A stretch of DNA of 64,000 nucleotides, taken from the NCBI GenBank assembly GCA_963707025.1, contig CAVPOM010000018.1, forward strand, positions 448,001 to 512,000, in the 5' to 3' direction. Made by a program: the position numbers and the translations under genes. This DNA comes from an uncultured Verrucomicrobiae bacterium (lineage in GTDB: Bacteria > Verrucomicrobiota > Verrucomicrobiia > Limisphaerales > Palsa-1400). Each line of letters opens with the position of its first letter. Positions within the stretch are counted from its first letter, which is position 1. Below, piece after piece: positions 40,078 to 49,233 of this stretch. The notes beneath the pieces are model-generated. The model was not told the DNA's origin. It saw nothing but the letters and a program-made list of their open reading frames with translations, and made no database searches.

Positions 40078-41907
40078 TTAGTTTCCGCTCTCAATTAAGT
40101 CTCTCTCAATGAATTCGCTGGTCATCAGCTTATGTATGGCCAGCGTATAATTACCCGTCCCCCGGGTATGGTCTTGCACCATCTGCTCCACCCGCCGTCC
40201 GTCAAGATAGGGCCGCCGGAGCGTGCCGGGGTCCAGCAAGACTTCTTTGACACGGTCCGCCAGCTCGTGGCGATACCAGAGGCGGAAATGGTAATACTTC
40301 TGGTGCCCCAGAAACTGGCGTTCCACGTGCAGCGGCCCCAGAACGCGATCCACTTTGGCCAGCCATTGCGGCATGCCGTAGTCGTAGCGGTCCTCGGCCC
40401 TGGGCAAAAGCTCTTTCCAAAAGAGAAAGGCCTTCTCCGGCAGGAAGCGCGGACATGAAAGGTTGCCCCGGTCGGTGGGCGCGCCCACCAGCGCGGAATT
40501 GACGTCCTCGGTATAGCAATAAGCCAGTTGTTTGTTAAGCAGGAGGCCCGGCGGCGCCTGGTAAGCCAGACGCACCAATTCGTTGTCCAAGTAGGGCGAA
40601 CGAATCGTCAATTGGCTGTTCTCCTCGGCAAACCGGCAGTAATGATGCCAGGGCACCTGCTTGAAGGCGATGAATGAGAGACGATGTCCTTTGAATTCTT
40701 CCGCGAAGGTCGAGGCCGCATTGCGATAGATCGGCACGAAGTCGGGGGCGAACATCTCCTCATCCACATAATCGGGCTTGAACGCCACGCCCGATCGCAA
40801 AATCTCGCTCCCGTAGTTGCCCGTCATGCGAACGGGCGCAATGTCCCTGGCCCGCCGATTGACCACCATCCCCACTGCTCCGCTGACATCCATCGCGCCG
40901 TCGGTTATATAGACACACCGCTTGGCCTGGTCGAAATACTCCGGGAAGAAACTTTGGTCCACCGTGATGACCTGGTGCGGCTGATGGCAGCGTCTCGCCA
41001 CCTCACGCGATATGCTTACGTCCTCGCAGTCCCGGTACATCCCCCCAAACGTGTAACACGGAAGTTGGCCGGGGGCGCAAGGCGCGGCGGCAATAATCAT
41101 CCGGCTATCCAAGCCACCCGTCAACGACAAGCCCACCTTCTGGCGTCCGCCAAAATACCGCGGCAGGATGCGTGTGAAAGTTTCCTTCAGGCGCTGGTAA
41201 TATTCCTCGGCCGGCAAGGGAGCCAGGGCTTCCCAGTCCTCCTTGCGAAAATACGTTTCCTTCTGCACAGGCACCCCGGGCCGGAACGTCCACCTCGAGC
41301 CGGGCGGAAGCAGGGAGATACCCTCGAAGAGCGTCCGGTTTTGCAGCGCGCAACCGCACGAGAAAGCCTCCCCTAAACTCCGCAGGTCCAGCCGCCGCAG
41401 TTGCGGCACGGTTTGCAGCAGGGACTTGGCTTCGGACGAAAAGTAAAATCCGTCCCCGCCTTCGTGATAATAAACCCGGGCCAGCCCGTAGCGGTCATTG
41501 AACAGGACGACCTTCTTTTCCCGCAAATCGGCCAGCACGCCGTTAAAAGTCCCGTTGAGCCGTTCGAAGAACTTCGTTCCCAGTTCCTCATACAAATGAA
41601 CCAAATAGGCGGCGGTCGAGCCTGAACAGGCCTGGCCGGCGGCCTGGAGGGCCTGAACTTCGGACGCATCGGCGAAATGCTCGCCCCAAAATATCAGGAC
41701 AATGTCGCGCGCTGCGTTCCAGATCGGCAGACAATCCGAGTACGACCCTTGGTGACAGATCCATCCGACGGCAATTCCCAAAGAATCCTGCTGGAGCGAA
41801 CCAGCAGTATAAAAGGACTCATGGAACATGGGCTTGAGCATGGCCTCAAGCACAGCCTTTCCCTCACTCGGAGAGTGTTTGCCGATGATTCCTGTGATTC
41901 CTGGCAT
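40078..41907 (-). CDS. Asparagine-synthase-like ATP-dependent amide ligase lacking the N-terminal Cys
   Basis: Begins MPGITGII; NGTF, DRYG, FSSEAKSLL, SLTGGLDSR, TGNYG, RSPYLD. The track's longer start runs through the tRNA. Confidence 0.88.
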   Translation of the reverse strand: MPGITGIIGKHSPSEGKAVLEAMLKPMFHESFYTAGSLQQDSLGIAVGWICHQGSYSDCLPIWNAARDIVLIFWGEHFADASEVQALQAAGQACSGSTAAYLVHLYEELGTKFFERLNGTFNGVLADLREKKVVLFNDRYGLARVYYHEGGDGFYFSSEAKSLLQTVPQLRRLDLRSLGEAFSCGCALQNRTLFEGISLLPPGSRWTFRPGVPVQKETYFRKEDWEALAPLPAEEYYQRLKETFTRILPRYFGGRQKVGLSLTGGLDSRMIIAAAPCAPGQLPCYTFGGMYRDCEDVSISREVARRCHQPHQVITVDQSFFPEYFDQAKRCVYITDGAMDVSGAVGMVVNRRARDIAPVRMTGNYGSEILRSGVAFKPDYVDEEMFAPDFVPIYRNAASTFAEEFKGHRLSFIAFKQVPWHHYCRFAEENSQLTIRSPYLDNELVRLAYQAPPGLLLNKQLAYCYTEDVNSALVGAPTDRGNLSCPRFLPEKAFLFWKELLPRAEDRYDYGMPQWLAKVDRVLGPLHVERQFLGHQKYYHFRLWYRHELADRVKEVLLDPGTLRRPYLDGRRVEQMVQDHTRGTGNYTLAIHKLMTSEFIERDLIESGN

Positions 41908-41929
41908 TCTGGTGCCTGTCAAACGAAGT

Positions 41930-42004
41930 TGGAGCGGGCGGGAGGAATTGAACACTCCATCTCCTGGTTGGAAACCAGGCACTCTGGCGTTGAGCTACAC
42001 CCGC
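41930..42004 (-). tRNA. tRNA-Gly (anticodon TCC), atypical D-loop and T-stem, CCA encoded
   Basis: GCGGGTG TA GCTC AACGCCA GAGT G CCTGG TTTCCAA CCAGG AGAT GGAGTG TTCAATT CCTCC CGCCCGC T CCA: 75 nt, 7-bp acceptor, 4-bp D-stem, 5-bp anticodon stem, U73. Confidence 0.9.
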
Positions 42005-42011
42005 AGACAAA

Positions 42012-43013
42012 TTATCCTTCTTCAACCATGATTTTCTTCTCTTTTGTTGAGGGCGCCGAATGGAGCGCCTCCGGCCGACCAAGCTTCGATTCATAATACT
42101 TGGCCCTCACTTTCAACAGAAAAGCAAGGCAATGAGAAGGCAGCAGATTTTTTACGCCAAGGTGAAGCCTCAACTTCAACGCCATTTTCCCTCGAGGCGT
42201 CAGGGGGATATAGTATCTCGGATAGGACAGCTTCTGAAAGCCCATCCGCCTTTTGAACTCAGTAAGCGGGCTGCTTTCCTTTTTTCCGTAGCTGTACTTG
42301 CCGTACGTGAAGTGCGTCAGGCCCTTTTGGCAGGAAATCTCAACCGCCTTGGCGACCAAGGCGCTGGCAGGGCGCTTGTCGAAATGGGCCATTTTTGATA
42401 CGATTTGCATAATTCTCGCCGTCTTGTCCACGTAAACGAGTTGGATGAACCCAATCAATTCCCCGTCCGCCTCGGCCGCAAGAAAAGCGTCACGCCCAAG
42501 GAAAGTGGAATTGTTTCTCTTGACCGTTTCAAAGTCCTCCTGGTAATGCTTGTTGGGGAAACCCTGTCGGACAGGCACTTCATCATAAACCCCCTTGATC
42601 CCGAGAACGAGATCGTCGTCCAAAGGCGCTATCGTTACTTTAACACCGCGTTTTTCTGCCGCGCGGACATTTCTTCTCGAATCCTGCGAAAGTCCTTTCC
42701 ACCAAGCCTCATAGCTCGTAAGACAAATCGCGGCAAAATTGTCCCATTCCATGTGGTATTGCGTGAACTTTGGGTTTAGTTGATGAATAGATTGCGCGAA
42801 GGTAAAAATGTCCGCCAGCAGCTTTGAATTTTTTAGCTTGGCTACAAACTCAGCGGGCTCTTCAATAGGCTGGCCTTCCGCGTAATCCTCTGCATTGATG
42901 TGGGCGGTTTTAAGCCATCGGCCCGTAGTCACAATCTCGCGCTCTTCAATCATGGCCGATGGCAGGCCGATTTTCCCGCCCCGTATTTGATTTTCTTTCA
43001 TGCCATCCTTCAT
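42012..43013 (-). CDS. FemAB-like GNAT-fold protein
   Basis: WWKGLSQDSRRNVRAAEKRGV and LTEFKRRMGF resemble the Fem 'RRNIRKA.K.GV' and 'L..FK..FG' segments. Confidence 0.72.
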   Translation of the reverse strand: MKDGMKENQIRGGKIGLPSAMIEEREIVTTGRWLKTAHINAEDYAEGQPIEEPAEFVAKLKNSKLLADIFTFAQSIHQLNPKFTQYHMEWDNFAAICLTSYEAWWKGLSQDSRRNVRAAEKRGVKVTIAPLDDDLVLGIKGVYDEVPVRQGFPNKHYQEDFETVKRNNSTFLGRDAFLAAEADGELIGFIQLVYVDKTARIMQIVSKMAHFDKRPASALVAKAVEISCQKGLTHFTYGKYSYGKKESSPLTEFKRRMGFQKLSYPRYYIPLTPRGKMALKLRLHLGVKNLLPSHCLAFLLKVRAKYYESKLGRPEALHSAPSTKEKKIMVEEG

Positions 43014-43226
43014 CAGGAATGTGGTGGCCCCGACCTGGATCCAGGCTCAACAAGTCCAGCACCGGATTTCTTGCCAGCGCGACGAGTTTTTCTTAAGTCT
43101 CTTGGGCGACAGGCTCAGTTTGTGCCATCAAGGGCTGCGGTTTGCGCTGTTGGAACCCGACGCCGAGCAAAAGTCGCTGGCATTGCCGGGTACCTAAGCT
43201 GGCTTGGTATTTCTGGCGCATAAGTG

Positions 43227-44351
43227 TTAATTCGTCTTGAATTGCATGAGCGGTGGCCGTGCCGGCGCGCCGTCGCGCGCGGCGACGGCGTACTCCACCG
43301 CGCGCAGAAAATTCTGGAACATGTTCTCGGTCGAAGCCTCGCGCATCACGTCCTCGCGGGCGTTCCGCGAAAAGGCCTCCCGCTCCCCTTCATTGTCCAA
43401 GAGGTAAAGCATCTTTTCCTTGAGCTGGGCGACATCGTTTTGCGGCACTATGAACCCATTGCGGCCCGTTTTGAGAAGGTGAATCTCCGGCGGTTGCAAG
43501 CCGGCTTCGGTCACAACTGGCAGGCCCCAATAGAAGGCCTGATTCAAACCCAATCCGATGTGACCGGGCACCACGAAAATGTCCGCCGCCTTGAAAAGCC
43601 GGCTGACTTTCAGATCTTGGGGGTCGTGCAGCGCGCCCAGATAACGCGTGTTTTTTGGATTGATCCGGGCCTGCAGCGCCTCCGGCATCCCGGCCCCGAC
43701 AATCACCGCGCCGATGTCGTCCCGCTCAACGACCCGGAATACTTCGATCAGATGTTCGACTTTTTTCCGCTCGCCCGACAGTCCCATGGTGCCGACGAAC
43801 AAGACCAGGAGCTTAAAGGGCAGGCCGAATTCGGCCTTGATTTGATTTTTGCTTTCGTTGACCGCGGGAATGTCCTCAAAATTGATGGTGTTGTTGGCGG
43901 CAATCGCCTTGGCGCGATGGCGCGGCCTGAGCTGGTCAACCTGGTTGGCGGAATACAAAATGATCGCGTCGCTCAATGCGTGAATGTGGTTGAACAGCCA
44001 ATAGCGCCAAACACTCTTGGGTAAGTCCAGGTTGATGCCTTTCGTCCAGCAAATCACCGGGATGCGCCTCCATTTCAGCCAATGAATCAACGGCCAGAAT
44101 ATCAGCTCTTTCATGTGCAGGAAAAGAATGACCACCTCCGGTTTCGTTGCGCGCACCAGCGCGGCGTAGCGAGGGAAGCTAAAAGGCTCTTCCCGAAGTG
44201 CAAAGCGCACGGGGCGCGGGTTGCCCGGTTGCACGCCGCTGGTCAGCGTTTTGAATTCCCAGCCGTGCTCGCCAAAGCGGCGCGCCAAATAATTATAGAC
44301 CGACACGCGATAGTGCAGGACTTTGCTGGAAATCAGAAGAACCGTTTTCAT
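43227..44351 (-). CDS. Glycosyltransferase family 4
   Basis: LFVG, ADIFVVPG, GLNQAFYWGLPVVT, GRNGFIV. Confidence 0.88.
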   Translation of the reverse strand: MKTVLLISSKVLHYRVSVYNYLARRFGEHGWEFKTLTSGVQPGNPRPVRFALREEPFSFPRYAALVRATKPEVVILFLHMKELIFWPLIHWLKWRRIPVICWTKGINLDLPKSVWRYWLFNHIHALSDAIILYSANQVDQLRPRHRAKAIAANNTINFEDIPAVNESKNQIKAEFGLPFKLLVLFVGTMGLSGERKKVEHLIEVFRVVERDDIGAVIVGAGMPEALQARINPKNTRYLGALHDPQDLKVSRLFKAADIFVVPGHIGLGLNQAFYWGLPVVTEAGLQPPEIHLLKTGRNGFIVPQNDVAQLKEKMLYLLDNEGEREAFSRNAREDVMREASTENMFQNFLRAVEYAVAARDGAPARPPLMQFKTN

Positions 44352-44412
44352 CAAATGGCTGACGCTGTTGTCGTCTGTCGATCACGCATATGGCAAACTA
44401 CGAGCTTTATGG

Positions 44413-44886
44413 CTAATTTTCCCCTTTTTCTTTCAATCTCCGATAGTCGGTAATCTTGATGTTTTCCTTCACGATTTTAGCAGGAACGCCGGCAACGAGG
44501 CAATTGGGCGGAACATCCTTGAGCACTACGGCGTTGGCCCCGATGACCACGTTTTCACCAATCTTGATCGGACCAAGAATCACGGCACCGGCGCCGATGA
44601 GCACATTATCTCCGATGACCGGCGCTTCATCCAGGATGGAACTGGTGGCGCCAATCGTCACTCCCCCGTGAATGATGCAATTGCGGCCGACCACACACTT
44701 CCGATGAAAGACCGTGCCGAGGCCCCCATAACCAATCCGCGTGTTGGGGCCGATGTCGGCCGACGGCGGGATGACGGAGGAAAAGACAATCCGGATGAAG
44801 ACCTTGATGAGCGATGGGAGCACGGGCACCCGGGCTTTATAGAGTGTTCTGGATAGCTTGTAAAAGAAATAGACGAGGAGGTACAT
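44413..44886 (-). CDS. Serine-acetyltransferase-like hexapeptide O-acetyltransferase
   Basis: IGDNVLIGAGAVILGPIKIGENVVIGANAVV, VAGVPAK. Confidence 0.88.
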   Translation of the reverse strand: MYLLVYFFYKLSRTLYKARVPVLPSLIKVFIRIVFSSVIPPSADIGPNTRIGYGGLGTVFHRKCVVGRNCIIHGGVTIGATSSILDEAPVIGDNVLIGAGAVILGPIKIGENVVIGANAVVLKDVPPNCLVAGVPAKIVKENIKITDYRRLKEKGEN

Positions 44887-44929
44887 AAAACCGTCTGGCC
44901 GCCTGTCTCCCATCATACGCCCGCTGTAA

Positions 44930-45106
44930 ATGCGGGACTTGCTTCTAAACGCTGTGATGACGGCGGCGTTGGTAAAATGCGCAAATTGCTCGGAGGCAAT
45001 AGCGGTTGAGTGGCAGAACCACTGGATCGTTGGCCAGATGGTCAAGTTTGTCACCCGGCACTTCATTGGAAATGAGCAGAACTTTCTTGTGAACAGGGTC
45101 GGCCAT
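44930..45106 (-). pseudogene. Eroded remnant of a GT4 paralogue of 43227-44351
   Basis: MADPVHKKVLLISNEV matches MKTVLLISSKV; in another frame LTIWPTIQWF matches LIFWPLIHWL. Confidence 0.45.
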
Positions 45107-45147
45107 AAGAGCTAACCTCAACCGTGATCATGGAAGCACACCGGCGC

Positions 45148-46365
45148 TTACCGTGATAGCTGACCTTCCTGCCGGGCGACCTTGGCCTTTTGGTGATGCA
45201 AGAGAATGGACAAGGCGGCAAACATGGTCGCCTGGCCCCAATGCAAGGTCGGCGTCTTGTTCGTCATCAGAGGATATTTGCGATAATAAAAATAGCCGGC
45301 CGGGTCCTGCATGTTGGCGATGGTCCACAGCGCCACCTTCTCCGCCATGTCAATGCTCCGGGAATCCATTTCATGGAGGTTGACCAGCGTTTGGATCCCT
45401 TGGGAAGCGCATTGGATATCCAGCGGAGAAGTCTTGTGATCGTAGTAGCGCGGTGTTCCGTCCGGCCCGAAAAAAGTATCCACGTAGAACTTGTACCCTT
45501 TTGCCAACGCGGGCTGAAATTTTGAGTCGCCGCTGTGGCGGCCATAATGGTCGATCGCCTCCAGGTTGTAGCCCGTGTGGAAGGAGTCCACCCAATGCCA
45601 GCGGGGATGCGAGCCGTAATTCCAAGCCCCATTGGGCATTTGATCTCGCACGGTAAACCGGACGGCTCGTTCGGCGATCTGCGTGTAAAGCGGATTCGGC
45701 GAGTGCGAATGGACACGGGCCAGCAGGCCGGCCCCCAACACATTGGAATTGTGGATGCCATGCTCGCCCTTGACCGGTTGGCCGCCGTTGGCCGGAATGT
45801 AGTTCAAGCAAATGTCCTGGCCCGTCTCAATCCAACCCAACTCCTTGGAGATAAACTCCGCCACGCCTGAGGCGACCGCCAAATCCTGTTCGAGAGAAAA
45901 AGCCTCGTAGGCGTCCAAAAAGGCGTGGCCGATCAGGCTGGTCCACACCACTGTGGGTGTGCCACAGGGAATTCGTCCGCCGCGTGATTCATAGTCGAAA
46001 TGATTTCCCCAAGCATATCCCTTGAATTCGGGGCAACGATGCTGCCTCAGCCAATCCAAACAAAAGCGCATTTTCACCCGGTAGGCGTCCGAGCCAGTCG
46101 TTTGAAAGAGGCGAAGATAACCTTGGGCAAAGAAACCCATGGCCTTGCTGGATTGGGCAGGTTTGATGCCCAACAGCGGACGCAGGTTGATGGGAAACCT
46201 GCGCACCGCCTGCTGCCAAAGGCGTCTGAGCAAGGGGCGCCCGAGGGTGAAGAGACCGGCATAAGGGGATGATAAACCATCGAACGTGTCGTAGGCTCGA
46301 TAATCTTTGGCAGCAACCCACTCTTCCAGTTTCAGAACCGAGCTGCTGATTTTTTTATCTGACAT
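45148..46365 (-). CDS. Conserved EPS-locus protein, probable (alpha/alpha)6 barrel
   Basis: YDTFDGL, WGNHFDY, IHNSN, DQMPNGAWNYG, VDSFHTGY, MQDPAGYFYY repeats. Confidence 0.7.
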   Translation of the reverse strand: MSDKKISSSVLKLEEWVAAKDYRAYDTFDGLSSPYAGLFTLGRPLLRRLWQQAVRRFPINLRPLLGIKPAQSSKAMGFFAQGYLRLFQTTGSDAYRVKMRFCLDWLRQHRCPEFKGYAWGNHFDYESRGGRIPCGTPTVVWTSLIGHAFLDAYEAFSLEQDLAVASGVAEFISKELGWIETGQDICLNYIPANGGQPVKGEHGIHNSNVLGAGLLARVHSHSPNPLYTQIAERAVRFTVRDQMPNGAWNYGSHPRWHWVDSFHTGYNLEAIDHYGRHSGDSKFQPALAKGYKFYVDTFFGPDGTPRYYDHKTSPLDIQCASQGIQTLVNLHEMDSRSIDMAEKVALWTIANMQDPAGYFYYRKYPLMTNKTPTLHWGQATMFAALSILLHHQKAKVARQEGQLSR

Positions 46366-46384
46366 AATATAGAAAGGACGTTCC

Positions 46385-47626
46385 TTAACGGCAGAGCGAT
46401 TCGTATGCGTTCAGCAAGTTCTTCCCGACCACCGACCACTGCAACTCCCGTTCCACCCGGGCCCGCCCAAAGTCCCCCATTTCCTTCCTCAAACCGGGGT
46501 CGTCCATCAATTTGGCGATGCCCGCCGCAAAGGCCTTCTCGTCGTTGGGCGGCACATACAAGGCCGCCTGCTGCGCGGAAAACCGCGTCTCCTTCAGGTC
46601 GAACGTCACGATGGGTTTGCTGAACGCCATGTACTCCATGATCTTGATCCAGGTCGAAACGTCATTGAGCGGGCTGGAAGGGTCGGGATCTACACAAATG
46701 TCGGCGGCCGCCAAGTTTGACCTCAAATCTTCTTCCGAGACAAAACCGGTCAGTTCCAGGCATGCTTCCAAATGCAATTCCCCGGCCAGAACGCGCAGAT
46801 CCGGGAGGGAATCCCCGCTGCCCATGACCACACAATAAAAATCGGTCCGTTTAAGGTCGTGATACAGATAACCGAGCGCACGGAGCAAATAATCCACCCC
46901 GTCCTGCGGATTCAAAGCGCCGATATAACAAAGGATCGTTTTCTTCATGGCGCGCAGGCGTGGACTGGGCGCGGGCGGGGTCATGCGCGAACCGTCCGGG
47001 CCGTTCCGGACCACAAAAACAGTCTTGGGATCGCGCCCCCCGCGCTCAATCTGGATTTGCTTGTACGATTCGTTGGTGGCGACAGTCACATTGGCCAGCC
47101 GAAGACTGCCCGCCTCAAAAAAGCGCAACAACCTGGAATAAAGACCGTCCTTGGCTCCGTAACGGGACTGATACAGTTCCGGACAAAGATCGTGGTGGTC
47201 AAAAACAAACTTCTTGCCCAACAACTTGTAGGGAAGGGCGACCAGAAAAAGTGTGTCCGGCGGATTGTGGGCATGCAGGACATCAAACCCTTCCTTCAGC
47301 AAGATATACGCGCTCAGCGCCAGGCAGCCTCCGGTGAAAGTTCCGTACTCGGCCATGTAGCCCAGAAAAGACTTGGCCTTGAGCCAGGCCAACCCCAAAG
47401 GACCGGCGTCTCGGGAGGGCGTCTTGCTGAACAACTCGCAAGGACGCATTCGATAGGCTCTCACGCCGTCAATTACCTCGGTGAAGGCCTGGCCCCGTTT
47501 GCGCCACGCAATGACCGATACCTGGCAGCCCGCCCCGGCCAGCAAGGTCGCCTCATTGCGCACCCGGGTGTCTTGAGGGTAGAAATTCTCCACAAGCATC
47601 ACGATGCGCTGGCGTTTTGCGGGCAT
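46385..47626 (-). CDS. Glycosyltransferase family 4
   Basis: DTRVRNEA, HAHNPPD, FDHHDL, KIMEYMAFSKPIV. Confidence 0.92.
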   Translation of the reverse strand: MPAKRQRIVMLVENFYPQDTRVRNEATLLAGAGCQVSVIAWRKRGQAFTEVIDGVRAYRMRPCELFSKTPSRDAGPLGLAWLKAKSFLGYMAEYGTFTGGCLALSAYILLKEGFDVLHAHNPPDTLFLVALPYKLLGKKFVFDHHDLCPELYQSRYGAKDGLYSRLLRFFEAGSLRLANVTVATNESYKQIQIERGGRDPKTVFVVRNGPDGSRMTPPAPSPRLRAMKKTILCYIGALNPQDGVDYLLRALGYLYHDLKRTDFYCVVMGSGDSLPDLRVLAGELHLEACLELTGFVSEEDLRSNLAAADICVDPDPSSPLNDVSTWIKIMEYMAFSKPIVTFDLKETRFSAQQAALYVPPNDEKAFAAGIAKLMDDPGLRKEMGDFGRARVERELQWSVVGKNLLNAYESLCR

Positions 47627-47653
47627 ATCTGGTCGGTCCACTCGAGGAGCGGC

Positions 47654-48961
47654 TTACCAACAGATCCCATCGTAGTTGGCCAGCCCGGCCGCCGGTTGGC
47701 GCCAAATGCGCACCAGATCGAGCACCGCTTTGCCATCACGATTCTTTTCCAACGCCTCTATAAACTGAGGCGTCTTCTTGCTGACCACGATCAGGTCGCT
47801 TTGGGCGAAAACGTCGCCCAAGTTTGGCACCATCAGAGAGGAAATGTGGGGAATCGTCTGCTCGATGTAACGCCGGTTGGCGCCGATCAATTGCGAGAGC
47901 GAAACCTCTTCGTCAAAGATCGCCAACTTGTATCCCTTGCCCAAAAGACGCTCTATGAGAATGACGATGGGGCTTTCCCGCAGGTCATCCGTGCCCGCCT
48001 TGAAGCTCAGGCCCAGCACTCCGATCCGCTTTTTGCCCGTTCGTTGCACCAATTCGAAGGCATGATCCAGATGCTTGCGATTGCTTTCCAAAAGCGACCC
48101 CAGCACCGGCAGGTCCACGTCCTGGCTCTTGGCTTTGTGCAAGATGGCGCGCAAGTCCTTGGGCAGGCACGAACCGCCAAAGGCGAAGCCCGGCTTCAAA
48201 TAATATGGGGAGAGGTTGAGCTTGGCGTCTTTGCAAAACACTTCCATCACCGAGAAACTGTCAATGCCCAGGCTCTTGCTCAGGACTCCTATTTCATTGG
48301 CGAAGCAAACCTTCAGCGCGTGGAAGGCATTGCAGGCGTACTTAATCATCTCTGCCGTCCGGATCGCTGTTTTTTCCAGCGGCGCGTTGATCGTTTCGTA
48401 GAGTTTGGCCACCGTTTCGGCGCCGCGGGCGTCCAGGCTGCCTATGACCGTGAAGGGCGGCGCGTGAAAATCGGCCACCGCGGTGGTTTCGCGCAGGAAT
48501 TCCGGGTTCATGCAAACCCCGAAATCCCGCCCGGCAACTTTGCCCGATCTCTCCGCCAGCAGCGGAATGATCCTTTCCTCCACCGTTCCGGGCAGCACCG
48601 TGCTGCGGACATTGACCACGTGGTAGGCGCCGGCCTGGCGCAACGCCTCCCCCAGTGATGCGGCTACCCGCTGCACATAATCCAGGCAGAGGCTCCCGTT
48701 GTGGTTGCTCGGCGTGCCCACACAAATGATGGAAACATCGCCCAATTCCCCGATCTCTTGCCGCGCCCGCAAACGGCCGGCCTTCACTCCCGCCTGAATC
48801 AACTCATCCAATCCCGGCTCAATCAGCGGACTTTGCCCGCTGTTGATCAGGGCCACCTTGTTGCGGTCCGTATCAATGCCGGTGACCTCGTGGCCCAACT
48901 CAGCCAGACAGGCGGAGGTCACACAGCCAACGTACCCCAGGCCAAAGATATGGACTTTCAT
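47654..48961 (-). CDS. GDP-mannose/UDP-glucose 6-dehydrogenase (AlgD-like)
   Basis: FGLGYVGCV, RSTVLPGT, NPEFLRET, YLKPGFAFGGSCLPKD, FKAGTDDLRESP. Confidence 0.9.
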   Translation of the reverse strand: MKVHIFGLGYVGCVTSACLAELGHEVTGIDTDRNKVALINSGQSPLIEPGLDELIQAGVKAGRLRARQEIGELGDVSIICVGTPSNHNGSLCLDYVQRVAASLGEALRQAGAYHVVNVRSTVLPGTVEERIIPLLAERSGKVAGRDFGVCMNPEFLRETTAVADFHAPPFTVIGSLDARGAETVAKLYETINAPLEKTAIRTAEMIKYACNAFHALKVCFANEIGVLSKSLGIDSFSVMEVFCKDAKLNLSPYYLKPGFAFGGSCLPKDLRAILHKAKSQDVDLPVLGSLLESNRKHLDHAFELVQRTGKKRIGVLGLSFKAGTDDLRESPIVILIERLLGKGYKLAIFDEEVSLSQLIGANRRYIEQTIPHISSLMVPNLGDVFAQSDLIVVSKKTPQFIEALEKNRDGKAVLDLVRIWRQPAAGLANYDGICW

Positions 48962-49233
48962 AATTTACAATCGAGCCGCACGCGGTTGCCGAATCAAGCC
49001 CGCTCTCAAAAACCAAAGATCAAGGAGCGGTAGATCACTTTCACCCCGAAAAGTTTATCACGGTCTGGGAGCACTGCGTCAAGTCCTTAGTGCGTCGGGG
49101 CTTGCATACGGTGACGCATTTTACAGTTAAGCGGCCATTCCACTGGGGCGTGTTATCCAGATCTGTTCGGATCTTTTCCCGGGTCCTGGGCGCGCCAGCG
49201 TTTTCCACCGCCGGCGCGAGGGCCGCCGTGGGT

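Noticed and set aside
41908..41982. 25-aa N-terminal extension of the AsnB-like ORF
   Set aside because: Overlaps the tRNA; MPGITG at 41907 matches the family's N-terminal position.
41930..42004. tRNA as a prophage or island attachment site
   Set aside because: No integrase seen and no duplicated tRNA 3' end noticed; flanking genes belong to one operon.
43113..43127. Sigma-54-like TGGCACAAACTGAGC upstream of the GNAT-tRNA unit
   Set aside because: Spacing is right but the -12 element is poor; not enough evidence alone.
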